DNA of 64,000 bases from an uncultured virus (IMG/VR IMGVR_UViG_3300021962_006841). Taxonomy: Duplodnaviria > Heunggongvirae > Uroviricota > Caudoviricetes. The position numbers and the translations under genes were made by a program. A model generated the notes under the pieces. The model searched no databases. It worked only from the letters and a program-made list of their open reading frames with translations, and had not been told where the DNA came from. Shown here one piece after another: positions 55,030 through 64,000 of the stretch (positions within the stretch are counted from its first letter, which is position 1; each line of letters begins with the position of its first letter). The stretch is from IMG/VR virus record IMGVR_UViG_3300021962_006841, one strand, 5' to 3'.

Positions 55030-57393
55030 GGCAGCCTCGGCGAGAGCCTTACCAAAGTGAACAAGAAGGATTCGGTTCAACTGTCTCTTAGTCTGCTTGT
55101 CAATGAATCCCTTGGTCAAGCTCTTATTAGAGACGTTACCGTTATGACGCTTGCTCAATGAATCGAACCATTCATCATCGTCATCGGTATCGTTAATCGT
55201 ACCGGTGCTCGAGATATAGAAGTAGTCATTGAAACCGTATGTGGTCGAATGTAAGAACTTATCTCGACGATACTTAGACTTCAAGAAACTATGATGTGCT
55301 TTCCAGTCACCAGGAGTAGTAGATTTAGCGCTAGTGTCGTGGCTGGTTGCATTGTAAAGGAACGATAAGCCCTCAGCCAAGTAGTAGCCAATGTAACGGG
55401 CACCAGTTACCTTACGAGCGATCTTCAACATATGGTAGGTCGAGAAACCAGCGCGGCACTCACCAGGCTTAATGATATACCGAGTACCGCTATGATGGGT
55501 AACCAAACTTGCAGTCTTACAATCGCGATTGACATACCCATCGCGCATACCATACTGACCACGTTCACCATGATAGCGAATGTTATTAGCATGATCATCT
55601 TCACCATCAGTTAAGAAGATGTTAACCATGTTCTCGATGTTATACTTAGCTACAAACTCATTACTGATCTGTTGAGAGAGGATGATAGCCTCATTCAGCG
55701 GAGTAGCAGAAAGCTGCTCACCAACTTTCTTGAGATCAAGACTCCAATACAGCTGCTCAGCACGAGCCTGGGCATCGCCAGTAATATTACCGCGTCTGTG
55801 GAGGCCGCAGTAGGCTTCGTAGTAACACTTCAACATTAAAATGTTATTGAACGCAGTCTTATAGTCTCGGGCATTGAGTTCGCTAGAGATGTACTCCTTC
55901 AGATGGAAGTTATGCTTGATCTGAATTGCACCAGGCTTACAATCATCTTGTTCCAAGGCAAAGCCAGAAACAATGTGCTCGCGAATAAAGTGCAATGAGG
56001 TTTCCCCGTCTGAGAAACCATAAACGCGGAAAGGAATGTTAACCTTCTTACAGAACTCAGAAAGAATAAGAACCTGGTTGAATACACCACTGATCACATT
56101 TGCCATTGAACCAGAAAGGTCCACGTACATAACCATACCGTGGTTCTTACCTTCAGGGAAGCTCATCACCCGCTTAAAGATATCATCTGAGAGACGATAC
56201 TTGTGCAAGCGCGAGACATCGATCTTACCAGTCTTAGAGACCTTACCACGATTTAGCATACGAGCATTCTTACGCATCTCAAATTCCTTAATCAGGAAGT
56301 TGATATACGCCATGTTATCGTTACGGTAGTCAGTCAGCGCTTGGTTGATGAACTGATCGTAAGAACTATACGGAAGTGTCTGAGGAATGACCCTGTTCCT
56401 GTTAGCTTCAATATATTGATTGAACATCGTACGAACGCCAAGATCAATAAGTGGACTCAGCTTACTAGCAGATATCACGTAATTATCAAGATTGTATTTA
56501 CCAATCGTGATTGAAGCAGAACCAGTATCATAGTTGTAGTGATCATTCTTCTTGGCGTTGGCAAACATCTCGCTTTCCTTCTTACGGAAAGTCTGATCAG
56601 TCTGAGAAGGCGCAACGGACTCACTATTATCACCGGCGTCTGAATCATCCTTGTCGTCAGAAGAATTGCTCTCCTGGTCCTCTTCGCTCTCAGAGTCGCC
56701 TTCCTGTGAGCTGCTTTTCTCATCAGAACGCTCGCCACCAGACGAGTCTGACTTCTTGCCATCAAGCGGATTATTTTGAGAGTTAGGTTTAGCAGCACCC
56801 TCTTCCTGCTTCTTGTTCTTCTTGCCCTGGCGACCAATTAGCTTCTTGGCAAACGCAACTACCTCGTCCCAGGTCTCTAGGGAGTACGCTTCCTCAACAA
56901 GAGCCTTCTCCTCGTCATCAAAATCAACAAGAACATGGGCACCAACCTTTGCCTCAACATTAAGGCGGTCGATGAAATCCATCTTGTTGATTCGAGCCTG
57001 GAGATCCTCACCAAAAAAGTTCTGGTTGACAAGTTTCTTATATGCGTTGGCGAATGATCGACGAAGGCCAGGATACTCAGCCTTGATCTTACGCTCGATG
57101 CGAATGTCTTCGATGACATTGAGATAGGTCTTCAACGTCTCATTGATCTCACCATTCTCCTGGATTGCAGAATGAAACCCTTCAGCAGGAGTCTCACGAG
57201 CATGACCAACCTCGTGACCTTCGAAAAGGTCAAGAAGATCGTCATCAAGATTCTGGATGAGAGGAATATGAATCGTTCGGCTCTTCAGATCGAAGAACGC
57301 GGTTGGATACTTGGCCGAGTACTGAACAGACAAGTTCTCGGTCGCCAGCAGTCGTGCAAGAGCAGACTTTTCGTTAAGTTTGGTGTTCAACAT
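55027..57393 (-). CDS. CobT-like protein: N-terminal HExxH peptidase domain plus vWA domain
   Basis: LARLLATENL.V, GHEVGHA, NVIEDIRIE; KNHG....DLSGSM MIDAS, TPLNEA, LTDGE. Confidence 0.85.
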   Translation of the reverse strand: MLNTKLNEKSALARLLATENLSVQYSAKYPTAFFDLKSRTIHIPLIQNLDDDLLDLFEGHEVGHARETPAEGFHSAIQENGEINETLKTYLNVIEDIRIERKIKAEYPGLRRSFANAYKKLVNQNFFGEDLQARINKMDFIDRLNVEAKVGAHVLVDFDDEEKALVEEAYSLETWDEVVAFAKKLIGRQGKKNKKQEEGAAKPNSQNNPLDGKKSDSSGGERSDEKSSSQEGDSESEEDQESNSSDDKDDSDAGDNSESVAPSQTDQTFRKKESEMFANAKKNDHYNYDTGSASITIGKYNLDNYVISASKLSPLIDLGVRTMFNQYIEANRNRVIPQTLPYSSYDQFINQALTDYRNDNMAYINFLIKEFEMRKNARMLNRGKVSKTGKIDVSRLHKYRLSDDIFKRVMSFPEGKNHGMVMYVDLSGSMANVISGVFNQVLILSEFCKKVNIPFRVYGFSDGETSLHFIREHIVSGFALEQDDCKPGAIQIKHNFHLKEYISSELNARDYKTAFNNILMLKCYYEAYCGLHRRGNITGDAQARAEQLYWSLDLKKVGEQLSATPLNEAIILSQQISNEFVAKYNIENMVNIFLTDGEDDHANNIRYHGERGQYGMRDGYVNRDCKTASLVTHHSGTRYIIKPGECRAGFSTYHMLKIARKVTGARYIGYYLAEGLSFLYNATSHDTSAKSTTPGDWKAHHSFLKSKYRRDKFLHSTTYGFNDYFYISSTGTINDTDDDDEWFDSLSKRHNGNVSNKSLTKGFIDKQTKRQLNRILLVHFGKALAEAA

Positions 57394-57401
57394 ATGCGTC
57401 C

Positions 57402-57487
57402 ACTATACAGAAATCCGTAGGAAAGACAACACTAAGAATCAGGAAGTTATAACCCCTTGATTTATAAGGACACGTAACTTGTTGATT
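57402..57487 (-). promoter_or_regulatory. sigma70 promoter with three IHF-like boxes
   Basis: TTGTCT-16-TATAGT; boxes at 57437-57449, 57450-57462 (inverted) and 57475-57487 (inverted). Confidence 0.7.
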
Positions 57488-57490
57488 TTA

Positions 57491-58867
57491 TTAGTTAAAG
57501 TCGAACTTACCAAACTTGGCGGCAACAGAAGGCTCATATTCGGTGCTATAACTAGAGCCAGGGGCATCCATAATGTTATGTTGGGCACTTCCCTCTACAT
57601 CATACAATTTCATCTTGGCCTTATCGACTCCGACAACAAATCGTTTATACTTTGTTGGATCACTATAACGATTCTTCAACTGCTTAACCATAATCTGATT
57701 CAGCTTATCCAACTCTTCAGTAGCAATAAGAGCGAACATGATATCAGCAGTCGCAGGAAGACCAAACGACTCAGATGTATCCTCTAGTCCAACATCAGTA
57801 TTGGTATAACCAGTTCTATTCGTCTGAGTAGCAGAAACAATAGGAACATCAAACTCTACTCCAAGGCCTCTTAGCTCTTCAGCAATAGCCTTAACGTAGG
57901 TATAGGAGTTGACATTGGCACCAGCCTTCAATCTAGACGAACTACAAATATTCAAATAGTCGATATAGATGATATCAGGCTTGAAGTTTCTCTTCAGTCT
58001 TAATTCATTAATTAAATGCCTAAAGTTTGCACTACCAGCAGACGCAGTAGGATACTCTTTAATGATTAGCTTACCAGTTGTCTTACTTCTAAACCTTTCA
58101 ATCTTTTTCTGATAGGCATCCTTTGTAAGGACTGCAAGCTCATCCAATGTGACATCTAGAAGATTGGCGTCAATTCTTTCAGCAATCTTCTCTTCAGCCA
58201 TTTCCATCGTAATGTATAAAACATTCTGGCCAGATGATAGGTTGTGAGCAGCCATATGACACATCGCCAACGACTTACCTACACCAGTACCAGCCAGGAT
58301 AATATTTAGAGTCTTACGAGGAAGGCCGCCCTTAGTAATCTTGTTCAAGAACTCAATATCGAAGGGAATCCTTTTCTCCTTCTTATGATAATTCTCAAAA
58401 CGAACTACAGAGTCCTCTAGGAAGTCATGGCCAATATGCTGGTCGAACGAAACAGCCAAGGCATCGGAAAGTAGTTTCGGTATTGTACCTCTACTTTGCT
58501 GCTCCTTTTGGTTATCCATGATTTTAATCGAATCCATAATGGCATTATAGATTGCCTTATCTTGACAAAACTTTTCCGTGTTGTCTAACAGCCATTGTTC
58601 ATCGACTGTTGGATTCGTTCCTAATTGTTTGATACACTCTTTGGCTTGATCATAGGTGGTCTGGTTCAAGCCTTTTAGTTCATCAAGATCTACACTAAGG
58701 ACGGCCTTATTAGGGACTTTGTTATACTTCTCTACAAACTGCTTAACAAGCTCAAAGATAACCTTCTGACCATCATCAGAAAAGTAATCTTTCTTCAAGA
58801 ATGGTAGAGTCTTTCTAGCAAACTCATCATTCTCAACTAACGTAGAGATAATATAATTTTCAATCAT
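57491..58867 (-). CDS. gp41: replicative DNA helicase (T4 gp41)
   Basis: AGTGVGKSL, ITMEMAEEKIAERIDAN, IDYLNIC, SATQTNR, SESFGLPATAD. Confidence 0.95.
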   Translation of the reverse strand: MIENYIISTLVENDEFARKTLPFLKKDYFSDDGQKVIFELVKQFVEKYNKVPNKAVLSVDLDELKGLNQTTYDQAKECIKQLGTNPTVDEQWLLDNTEKFCQDKAIYNAIMDSIKIMDNQKEQQSRGTIPKLLSDALAVSFDQHIGHDFLEDSVVRFENYHKKEKRIPFDIEFLNKITKGGLPRKTLNIILAGTGVGKSLAMCHMAAHNLSSGQNVLYITMEMAEEKIAERIDANLLDVTLDELAVLTKDAYQKKIERFRSKTTGKLIIKEYPTASAGSANFRHLINELRLKRNFKPDIIYIDYLNICSSSRLKAGANVNSYTYVKAIAEELRGLGVEFDVPIVSATQTNRTGYTNTDVGLEDTSESFGLPATADIMFALIATEELDKLNQIMVKQLKNRYSDPTKYKRFVVGVDKAKMKLYDVEGSAQHNIMDAPGSSYSTEYEPSVAAKFGKFDFN

Positions 58868-59022
58868 ACAACTTCTTCAGCGATTCCTAAAATTTCAGCA
58901 AGGATCAACAAGAACCCTGCCATCACAACATACTGGCCAATCAATACGGCGCCAGCTAAAATACGAAGACTACTCTTCGCCAGACTCCACTTCAAGTGAT
59001 TCTTCGGATCCGGATGCTCCAT
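58864..59022 (-). CDS. small membrane protein
   Basis: HPDP..H...SLAKS.LRI.AG...AEILGIAEE; overlaps the uvsX end. Confidence 0.65.
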   Translation of the reverse strand: MEHPDPKNHLKWSLAKSSLRILAGAVLIGQYVVMAGFLLILAEILGIAEEVV

Positions 59023-60028
59023 AACTAAACTCCTTCTTTGCGGCTTCATCAATTGCCTTCAATACTTCTTCTGTGTAATACTTCTCTGGATCTTCAAGAA
59101 TGTTCTTACCAAAAACCTTAGATCCATCTGGCATCTCATACCGAGTAGATACTTTCTTAAAGATACCATACTTCTCAGCTAGATCAAGAAGACCGTAGTA
59201 GCGATCAAGACCAGAACTATATGTCAATAGACACTCAACCTGAGCATTCTCCTTAGAGAGTCTTGACTTATACATCTTAACCTTGATGACATTACCAACT
59301 ACTTCGTTGTCAACCTTTTCCTTTCTCTTCGACAACATTGCAATAGTAGAAGCAGCATACTTCAAGCCAGTACCACCAGAGATCTCATTCATTGGAACAT
59401 AAGAACCAACGACAGCATAGACATGGTTAGTTACCAACATTGGTACCTTATACTTTGCACACTTCAATGTCAAGACTCTGAATGCAGCCTTGATGACCTG
59501 ACTCTTAGTCATGTCTCTAGTATCCTTACCTTCGAGTGAGTCAGCCATTTCTTTAGAAGTCGATAGCATACCCAAAGAATCTAGAACCATCATCATAGGA
59601 GGACGGTCACCTTCTTCTGTCTTACCATATGCTTCCAAGAACTTCAAAGCATGTTCTCTAAACTTCTGAATAGTATCAGGCTCGGCAATAATTACTCGCT
59701 TTGTATCAATACCACGCGACTTCATCATATCTCTAGTGACAGCAGCTTCAGTGTCATAATAGATGACACCAGCATCTGGATTGCTATCTAAGAAACTCTT
59801 TACAATACCTAGAACAAAGAACGTCTTACCAGTAGCACTTTCACCAGCAAAAGCAGTTATCTTGTTATTAGGAACGCCACCAAAGATTGACCCACTAAGA
59901 GCAGCATTAAGAGAATAGCTACCACTGTCAATGCTGCCTGTGAACTCAGCACTACCAGCACCGTCCTCAGCAATAGATGTATCTTCATCTTTAATCTCTT
60001 CAATCAAATTACGGAAAAACTTAGACAT
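58970..60028 (-). CDS. uvsX: UvsX RecA-like recombinase
   Basis: AGESATGKTFF, YYDTE, LDSLGMLST.KE, RDMTK, TNH.Y, SGG.GLKYAAS. Confidence 0.95.
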   Translation of the reverse strand: MSKFFRNLIEEIKDEDTSIAEDGAGSAEFTGSIDSGSYSLNAALSGSIFGGVPNNKITAFAGESATGKTFFVLGIVKSFLDSNPDAGVIYYDTEAAVTRDMMKSRGIDTKRVIIAEPDTIQKFREHALKFLEAYGKTEEGDRPPMMMVLDSLGMLSTSKEMADSLEGKDTRDMTKSQVIKAAFRVLTLKCAKYKVPMLVTNHVYAVVGSYVPMNEISGGTGLKYAASTIAMLSKRKEKVDNEVVGNVIKVKMYKSRLSKENAQVECLLTYSSGLDRYYGLLDLAEKYGIFKKVSTRYEMPDGSKVFGKNILEDPEKYYTEEVLKAIDEAAKKEFSYGASGSEESLEVESGEE

Positions 60029-60041
60029 AATAACCTCAATG

Positions 60042-60875
60042 TTATAACTTCAGTATCTCTTTCTTATTGACTACTATACCACGTTTTCCAAGTTTTCTCA
60101 ACTCTTGAATACGTTTTTCTTGTTGAACTTTCTTGTCTCTATTGACAAAGTTAGAATTGGCGGCGATCAGAAGAATGACAGCAAGAGGGTCAAAGACCAA
60201 TATAAGAAGTATAATAACCATCCGCACAGCGCTGCCAAAATGGCTTTCGGCATCAGATCCATAAACCAACTCCGCAATATACTTTAGTGGACCAACTTCA
60301 ACTTCAATCTTTTTAACTTCTGACTCTAGCTTATTCCTTTTGGATTTCAGTTCAACAAGCTCTTGCTCAACATCCTTTCGTTCTTGCTCAAGCTGTTTAC
60401 GTTCACCATCTAGTCTTCTCTTCTCTTGTAGGCCCTTTGTCACAGAGCCCATCTCAATATACTTAACTAGAGTATTATCAATGTTTTCAATTTGTTTTTC
60501 AACTAGAACTTTTGTGTTTGTTCTTGATTCAATTGTATCATTAAGCGTTTGTAATTCAGCACTAACATCAGATGTCATAAGTGCTTGAGTCTCGAGATGA
60601 GCTTTGGACAAGTAACCAAAGATACCCATTGATGTGATGAACATCAAGACAATGATTGCTACCGATAGATAATACTTAATTAGCTTTGGTGCTTCTTCCC
60701 AGTTTCTGTAGAGCCAGCTAGCAGCGACTAACTTACCAAGCTCAAGGGCTGAGCCCATCACTACTACAGATATAAATGCACCACTAAAGATAGCTGCCAA
60801 GCCTACTACCGAATAGTAGGCAGCAACACCAGAAAGGATTAGTGCAACTGCTAGGACTAGATAATCAAGAAGCAT
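60042..60875 (-). CDS. membrane protein with coiled coil
   Basis: AYYSV.GL..IF, LE.GKLV.ASWLY.NW, ITSMGIFGYLSKAH, EVGPLKYIA, VFDPLAV. Confidence 0.75.
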   Translation of the reverse strand: MLLDYLVLAVALILSGVAAYYSVVGLAAIFSGAFISVVVMGSALELGKLVAASWLYRNWEEAPKLIKYYLSVAIIVLMFITSMGIFGYLSKAHLETQALMTSDVSAELQTLNDTIESRTNTKVLVEKQIENIDNTLVKYIEMGSVTKGLQEKRRLDGERKQLEQERKDVEQELVELKSKRNKLESEVKKIEVEVGPLKYIAELVYGSDAESHFGSAVRMVIILLILVFDPLAVILLIAANSNFVNRDKKVQQEKRIQELRKLGKRGIVVNKKEILKL

Positions 60876-61167
60876 CTTTAGCGATTGTGAATAACTTCTC
60901 TAGCTCGGACTTAAACAACTTCATCTTCTCGACTCTATTTGGCCAATAGATATAGTTCTTGTCTGGATTCAACATTAGATTATTAAGCAATGGCGTAATC
61001 ATCTGCTGAATCTGAACAACAGTGTCCTTATAGAGCTCAGCATTAGTAGCTTGCTCATCGAGAAGCTTTGAAAGCTCTTCGGTTTCCTGTTCGGCGCCAG
61101 TGAGCTTCTTTAACTCTTCTTCATCGACTGCGCTGAAACCAAAATCAAAGTTATAACCTTTTTGCAT
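60865..61167 (-). CDS. conserved hypothetical protein
   Basis: FDFGFSAVDE, PLLNNL..NPDK.YIYWPNR. Confidence 0.75.
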   Translation of the reverse strand: MQKGYNFDFGFSAVDEEELKKLTGAEQETEELSKLLDEQATNAELYKDTVVQIQQMITPLLNNLMLNPDKNYIYWPNRVEKMKLFKSELEKLFTIAKDAS

Positions 61168-61171
61168 ATAA

Positions 61172-63718
61172 TTACCCGAACATGTCTTCTAGAGTTAATT
61201 GTTTCTCGCCCACTTCCCAACCAATGTTATCTGTAATTGACCTCATTGGTTCGATGAACGACTTCTCAAACTGAGTATCATGATCAATATATCCATCCAT
61301 ATTGAATTGCTTTGGTAATGCACCAGGCGATGATATCACATTAGTGGAAAGTGGATTAGGTGTTCTCAAATAACAGAACTTAATCTTATCACCATCTTGT
61401 ATCTTGTTGTGCTTTTTGTCGAGACCATACTTATTTATGAAAGTATTGTAAACAAGAGCGCCACGAACATGGATTGGGATTGCCTTACCACCTATCTGAT
61501 GTTTTGTCACACCCTGGCAACTTCTTGGAAAAGCAACATCTTCAAATGGTAGACTATCAAACTCTTGCTTGAAGTCTTCGACATACTGTCTAAATTCATC
61601 CTTAGTGCCATTCATAATAATGTCAAGCGACTTCTTAATTGCTTCCTTGATCTTGGCAGGAGTCGATGACTTCACAGCTTCGATACCTTTCATCTTTAGC
61701 TTTGGCTTCTCATATTGAACACCTTCTTCGTTGAAGACATTCAAGATGTATCTCTTCTTAGCAACCCAGATACCCTTATCAGCGATAGACTCTCGCTTCA
61801 TCTGCATGCGCTGACTATAGATCAACATATGGTTTGCTAGGTCATCATAACTCTTTTCGATGAATGGTTGGAAGACTTCATCACATGCCTTATCAAGCAT
61901 ACGGATGACTTTATCTCTTTCTGGTACCTTACCACTGTACACTTTCTCTACAAACTTATCGAGAGTAATATACAACGAGTCCGTGTCGACAGCGATAACG
62001 TAATCAATGTTGTCGGTCTTGAGAGTCTTATTCAAGAACTCATTCATCTTCGCCTGCATCCAACGAATTGATACCTGGCCTGATAGCGTAATTGCTTCAG
62101 CAAGATCTGTATCAAAGAATCGGAAGTAGATATTAGATAAAGCACCATAACAACTATTCAGCTGAATCTTCTTCGCCATCTGCATATTGTTATACTGAAC
62201 GTACTTCTTCTCATCTTCTGGGTCTTTCGATAGCTCATACTTCTGCTTTGCTTCAAGCATCAGCTTCTTATACTTCTTTCTATCGGCAAAGACCTTTTCC
62301 ATTAGTGCTGGTAGGAAGCCGAGCTTGTCCTTTCTATACATTGTACCATTAGCACAGAGTGTATAGTCGAGACTCTTTGCATCATCCTTGGCCATCTGGT
62401 ATGAACCTGTATTGTCAAGACAATCTTCTGGTGTAAGGTCAACCTTATTGATCTTTGTGTCAGGTGAAATGTTATACTGCATGATCAAAGATGGGTACAG
62501 AGATGTCAAGTCAAATGAGACAACATACTTATACATTCCAGGCTTTGGATCTTTTACATAAGCGCCTTTGATTGGTTGATCCTTCTCTTCTCTAACCAAC
62601 TTGAGTTCTTCCTCATTCTTTGAAAGAGGAACAACGATATTGTTATCGATTAGATAGTTGTGGATAATCATATCCCACATACGGACAGTACGAAGGGTGT
62701 CGATGTAATCGACCTTTGCATCATATGCAATAGCAAGTACTTGATCAATAAGCTTCATCTTATCATCAAGTTGGCTTACAAGGGTAACGTCGTGGATATT
62801 ATACTCAATGAACTTTTGGAAGTCGTGCTTATAAAGATCGAAGAGACTTTCATACTCAGAGTAGTCAATCTTTTTTTCACCGAGCTCAAGATGAGCAATA
62901 TGGTTAAGAGAATAGCTTTCTGTATCGGAGTATGTAAACTTTCTATAAAGTTGCAAGTAGTCAAGCACCGAGATTCCTCTCAATGTCTTGGCCTTGAGAG
63001 TCTTACCAGAGCCTCTCATAATAATTTCTTTATCGTCGACGATCTTCCAAGGCGAGAGCTTTTTTGACATCTTACCTTCGTCATTGAATACTCTATCGAT
63101 TCTATTGACAAGGTATGGAATATCGAACCCCTCTACGTTCCATCCAGTTACAATGTCTGGATCGACAAGAGGAGAATCCCAAAGTGTTAGGAACTTCATA
63201 ATCAAATCACGCTCGTTCTTACACTTAGCATACATAATGTTGTCAGCAGAAGGAGTATAGTCACCACAACCAAATGTGTAGTACCTATCCTTAACCTTGA
63301 TAGTGATAGCAGTTAGTGCCTTATCAGCTTCATCGATGTTAGGGAATCCTTCGTCAGCTGCGACCTCGATATCGAGGTGGACGATGTTCATTAAAGACGC
63401 ATCGTACTGAATCTCGCCAGGATAGTATTCATGGATGAATGGATAGATGAGAGAACTCTTTGATGTCATCCCATAGAGTTTGATTCCCTCTACACCCTCA
63501 TACATCTTCATATAATCCATCATCTCGTTGATAGATTCGAAGTCCTTTCTATCGGCTGGATACCCATCGATAGTTTTATAAGGAGCATTAGGATTGCTCG
63601 ATCGCTGGAAACAAAAAGGTTGATATGGGATGTCAGTATGGACTCTACGACCATCCTCATAACCACGAAGGAGAATCTTATTCCCTCGGATGCTTACATT
63701 TGTATAGAACTTGCTCAT
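61172..63718 (-). CDS. gp43: family B DNA polymerase (T4 gp43)
   Basis: DIE exo I, GWN..FDIPY, SFDLTSLYP, KIQLNSCYG, DTDS, KKRY. Confidence 0.97.
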   Translation of the reverse strand: MSKFYTNVSIRGNKILLRGYEDGRRVHTDIPYQPFCFQRSSNPNAPYKTIDGYPADRKDFESINEMMDYMKMYEGVEGIKLYGMTSKSSLIYPFIHEYYPGEIQYDASLMNIVHLDIEVAADEGFPNIDEADKALTAITIKVKDRYYTFGCGDYTPSADNIMYAKCKNERDLIMKFLTLWDSPLVDPDIVTGWNVEGFDIPYLVNRIDRVFNDEGKMSKKLSPWKIVDDKEIIMRGSGKTLKAKTLRGISVLDYLQLYRKFTYSDTESYSLNHIAHLELGEKKIDYSEYESLFDLYKHDFQKFIEYNIHDVTLVSQLDDKMKLIDQVLAIAYDAKVDYIDTLRTVRMWDMIIHNYLIDNNIVVPLSKNEEELKLVREEKDQPIKGAYVKDPKPGMYKYVVSFDLTSLYPSLIMQYNISPDTKINKVDLTPEDCLDNTGSYQMAKDDAKSLDYTLCANGTMYRKDKLGFLPALMEKVFADRKKYKKLMLEAKQKYELSKDPEDEKKYVQYNNMQMAKKIQLNSCYGALSNIYFRFFDTDLAEAITLSGQVSIRWMQAKMNEFLNKTLKTDNIDYVIAVDTDSLYITLDKFVEKVYSGKVPERDKVIRMLDKACDEVFQPFIEKSYDDLANHMLIYSQRMQMKRESIADKGIWVAKKRYILNVFNEEGVQYEKPKLKMKGIEAVKSSTPAKIKEAIKKSLDIIMNGTKDEFRQYVEDFKQEFDSLPFEDVAFPRSCQGVTKHQIGGKAIPIHVRGALVYNTFINKYGLDKKHNKIQDGDKIKFCYLRTPNPLSTNVISSPGALPKQFNMDGYIDHDTQFEKSFIEPMRSITDNIGWEVGEKQLTLEDMFG

Positions 63719-64000
63719 TCAGTGACTACTTTACGCCATTTCCCATTAACTTTCAAGTACAATTCTCCATCAGGACCTGGCTTGAACGAAACATCAACAT
63801 GCTCAACAGTTCCAGGAACAAACTCTGGTGTTTGATGACTAAAAACCGTTAGTTTGTTAGTTGGGTTTATTGTACCGAGGCCAACCTTCTCGCCATATGT
63901 TGCTCGCAATTGTAAGTGCGAGCCGCCATCAAGTTGTTCAATATGCTTTGGCTTATCCTTAGGAAGGATAGCTGCAGCAGCGACAACGCCACCTGTGGCG
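63715..64000 (-). CDS. hypothetical protein, 5'-truncated by the window edge
   Basis: Frame is open to the edge (ATGGVVAAAAILPKDKPK...), consistent with the end of a signal or TM segment. Confidence 0.6.
   Translation of the reverse strand, partial: ATGGVVAAAAILPKDKPKHIEQLDGGSHLQLRATYGEKVGLGTINPTNKLTVFSHQTPEFVPGTVEHVDVSFKPGPDGELYLKVNGKWRKVVTE

Noticed and set aside
53657..57393. Cobalamin biosynthesis (cobS/cobT)
   Set aside because: MoxR-AAA plus vWA pairs are common in T4-like phages, and no cobN or other cob genes are present; a chaperone-like role is more likely.
24047..63718. Introns or inteins in nrdA, nrdB, gp41, uvsX or gp43
   Set aside because: The ORFs are continuous and of ordinary length, with no intein or homing-endonuclease insert apparent.
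1..64000. Alternative genetic code (stop-codon recoding)
   Set aside because: Core genes are full length under code 11, and TAA, TAG and TGA all occur as terminators.

Overview
This is a 64 kb segment of a large T4-like (myovirus-type) dsDNA bacteriophage. It is densely coding, essentially every real gene is on the minus strand, and it uses the standard genetic code. The window holds T4-type replication and recombination genes (gp43 polymerase, UvsX, gp41 helicase, gp61 primase, RNase H), a CobS/CobT-like MoxR-vWA pair, and nucleotide and stress auxiliary genes (nrdA, nrdB, thyX-like, purA, guaC, phoH, ahpC-ahpD). It also holds a glycosyltransferase/methyltransferase/sulfotransferase-APS kinase region, lysis genes (GH19+M15 endolysin, spanins, SleB-like hydrolase), a secreted Asn/Thr-repeat plus acidic protein cassette, and a late block of proteins with T4 capsid-targeting-like N-termini. 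The most striking non-coding observations are (1) a complete circularly permuted two-piece tmRNA gene, tag ANDDYYEMALAA, (2) clusters of IHF-consensus boxes upstream of sigma70 promoters, three of which appear to make leaderless mRNAs, and (3) an OxyR-like box abutting the ahpC-ahpD promoter. One methyltransferase is split by a frameshift. All product calls come from motif recognition by eye; no database search was run.
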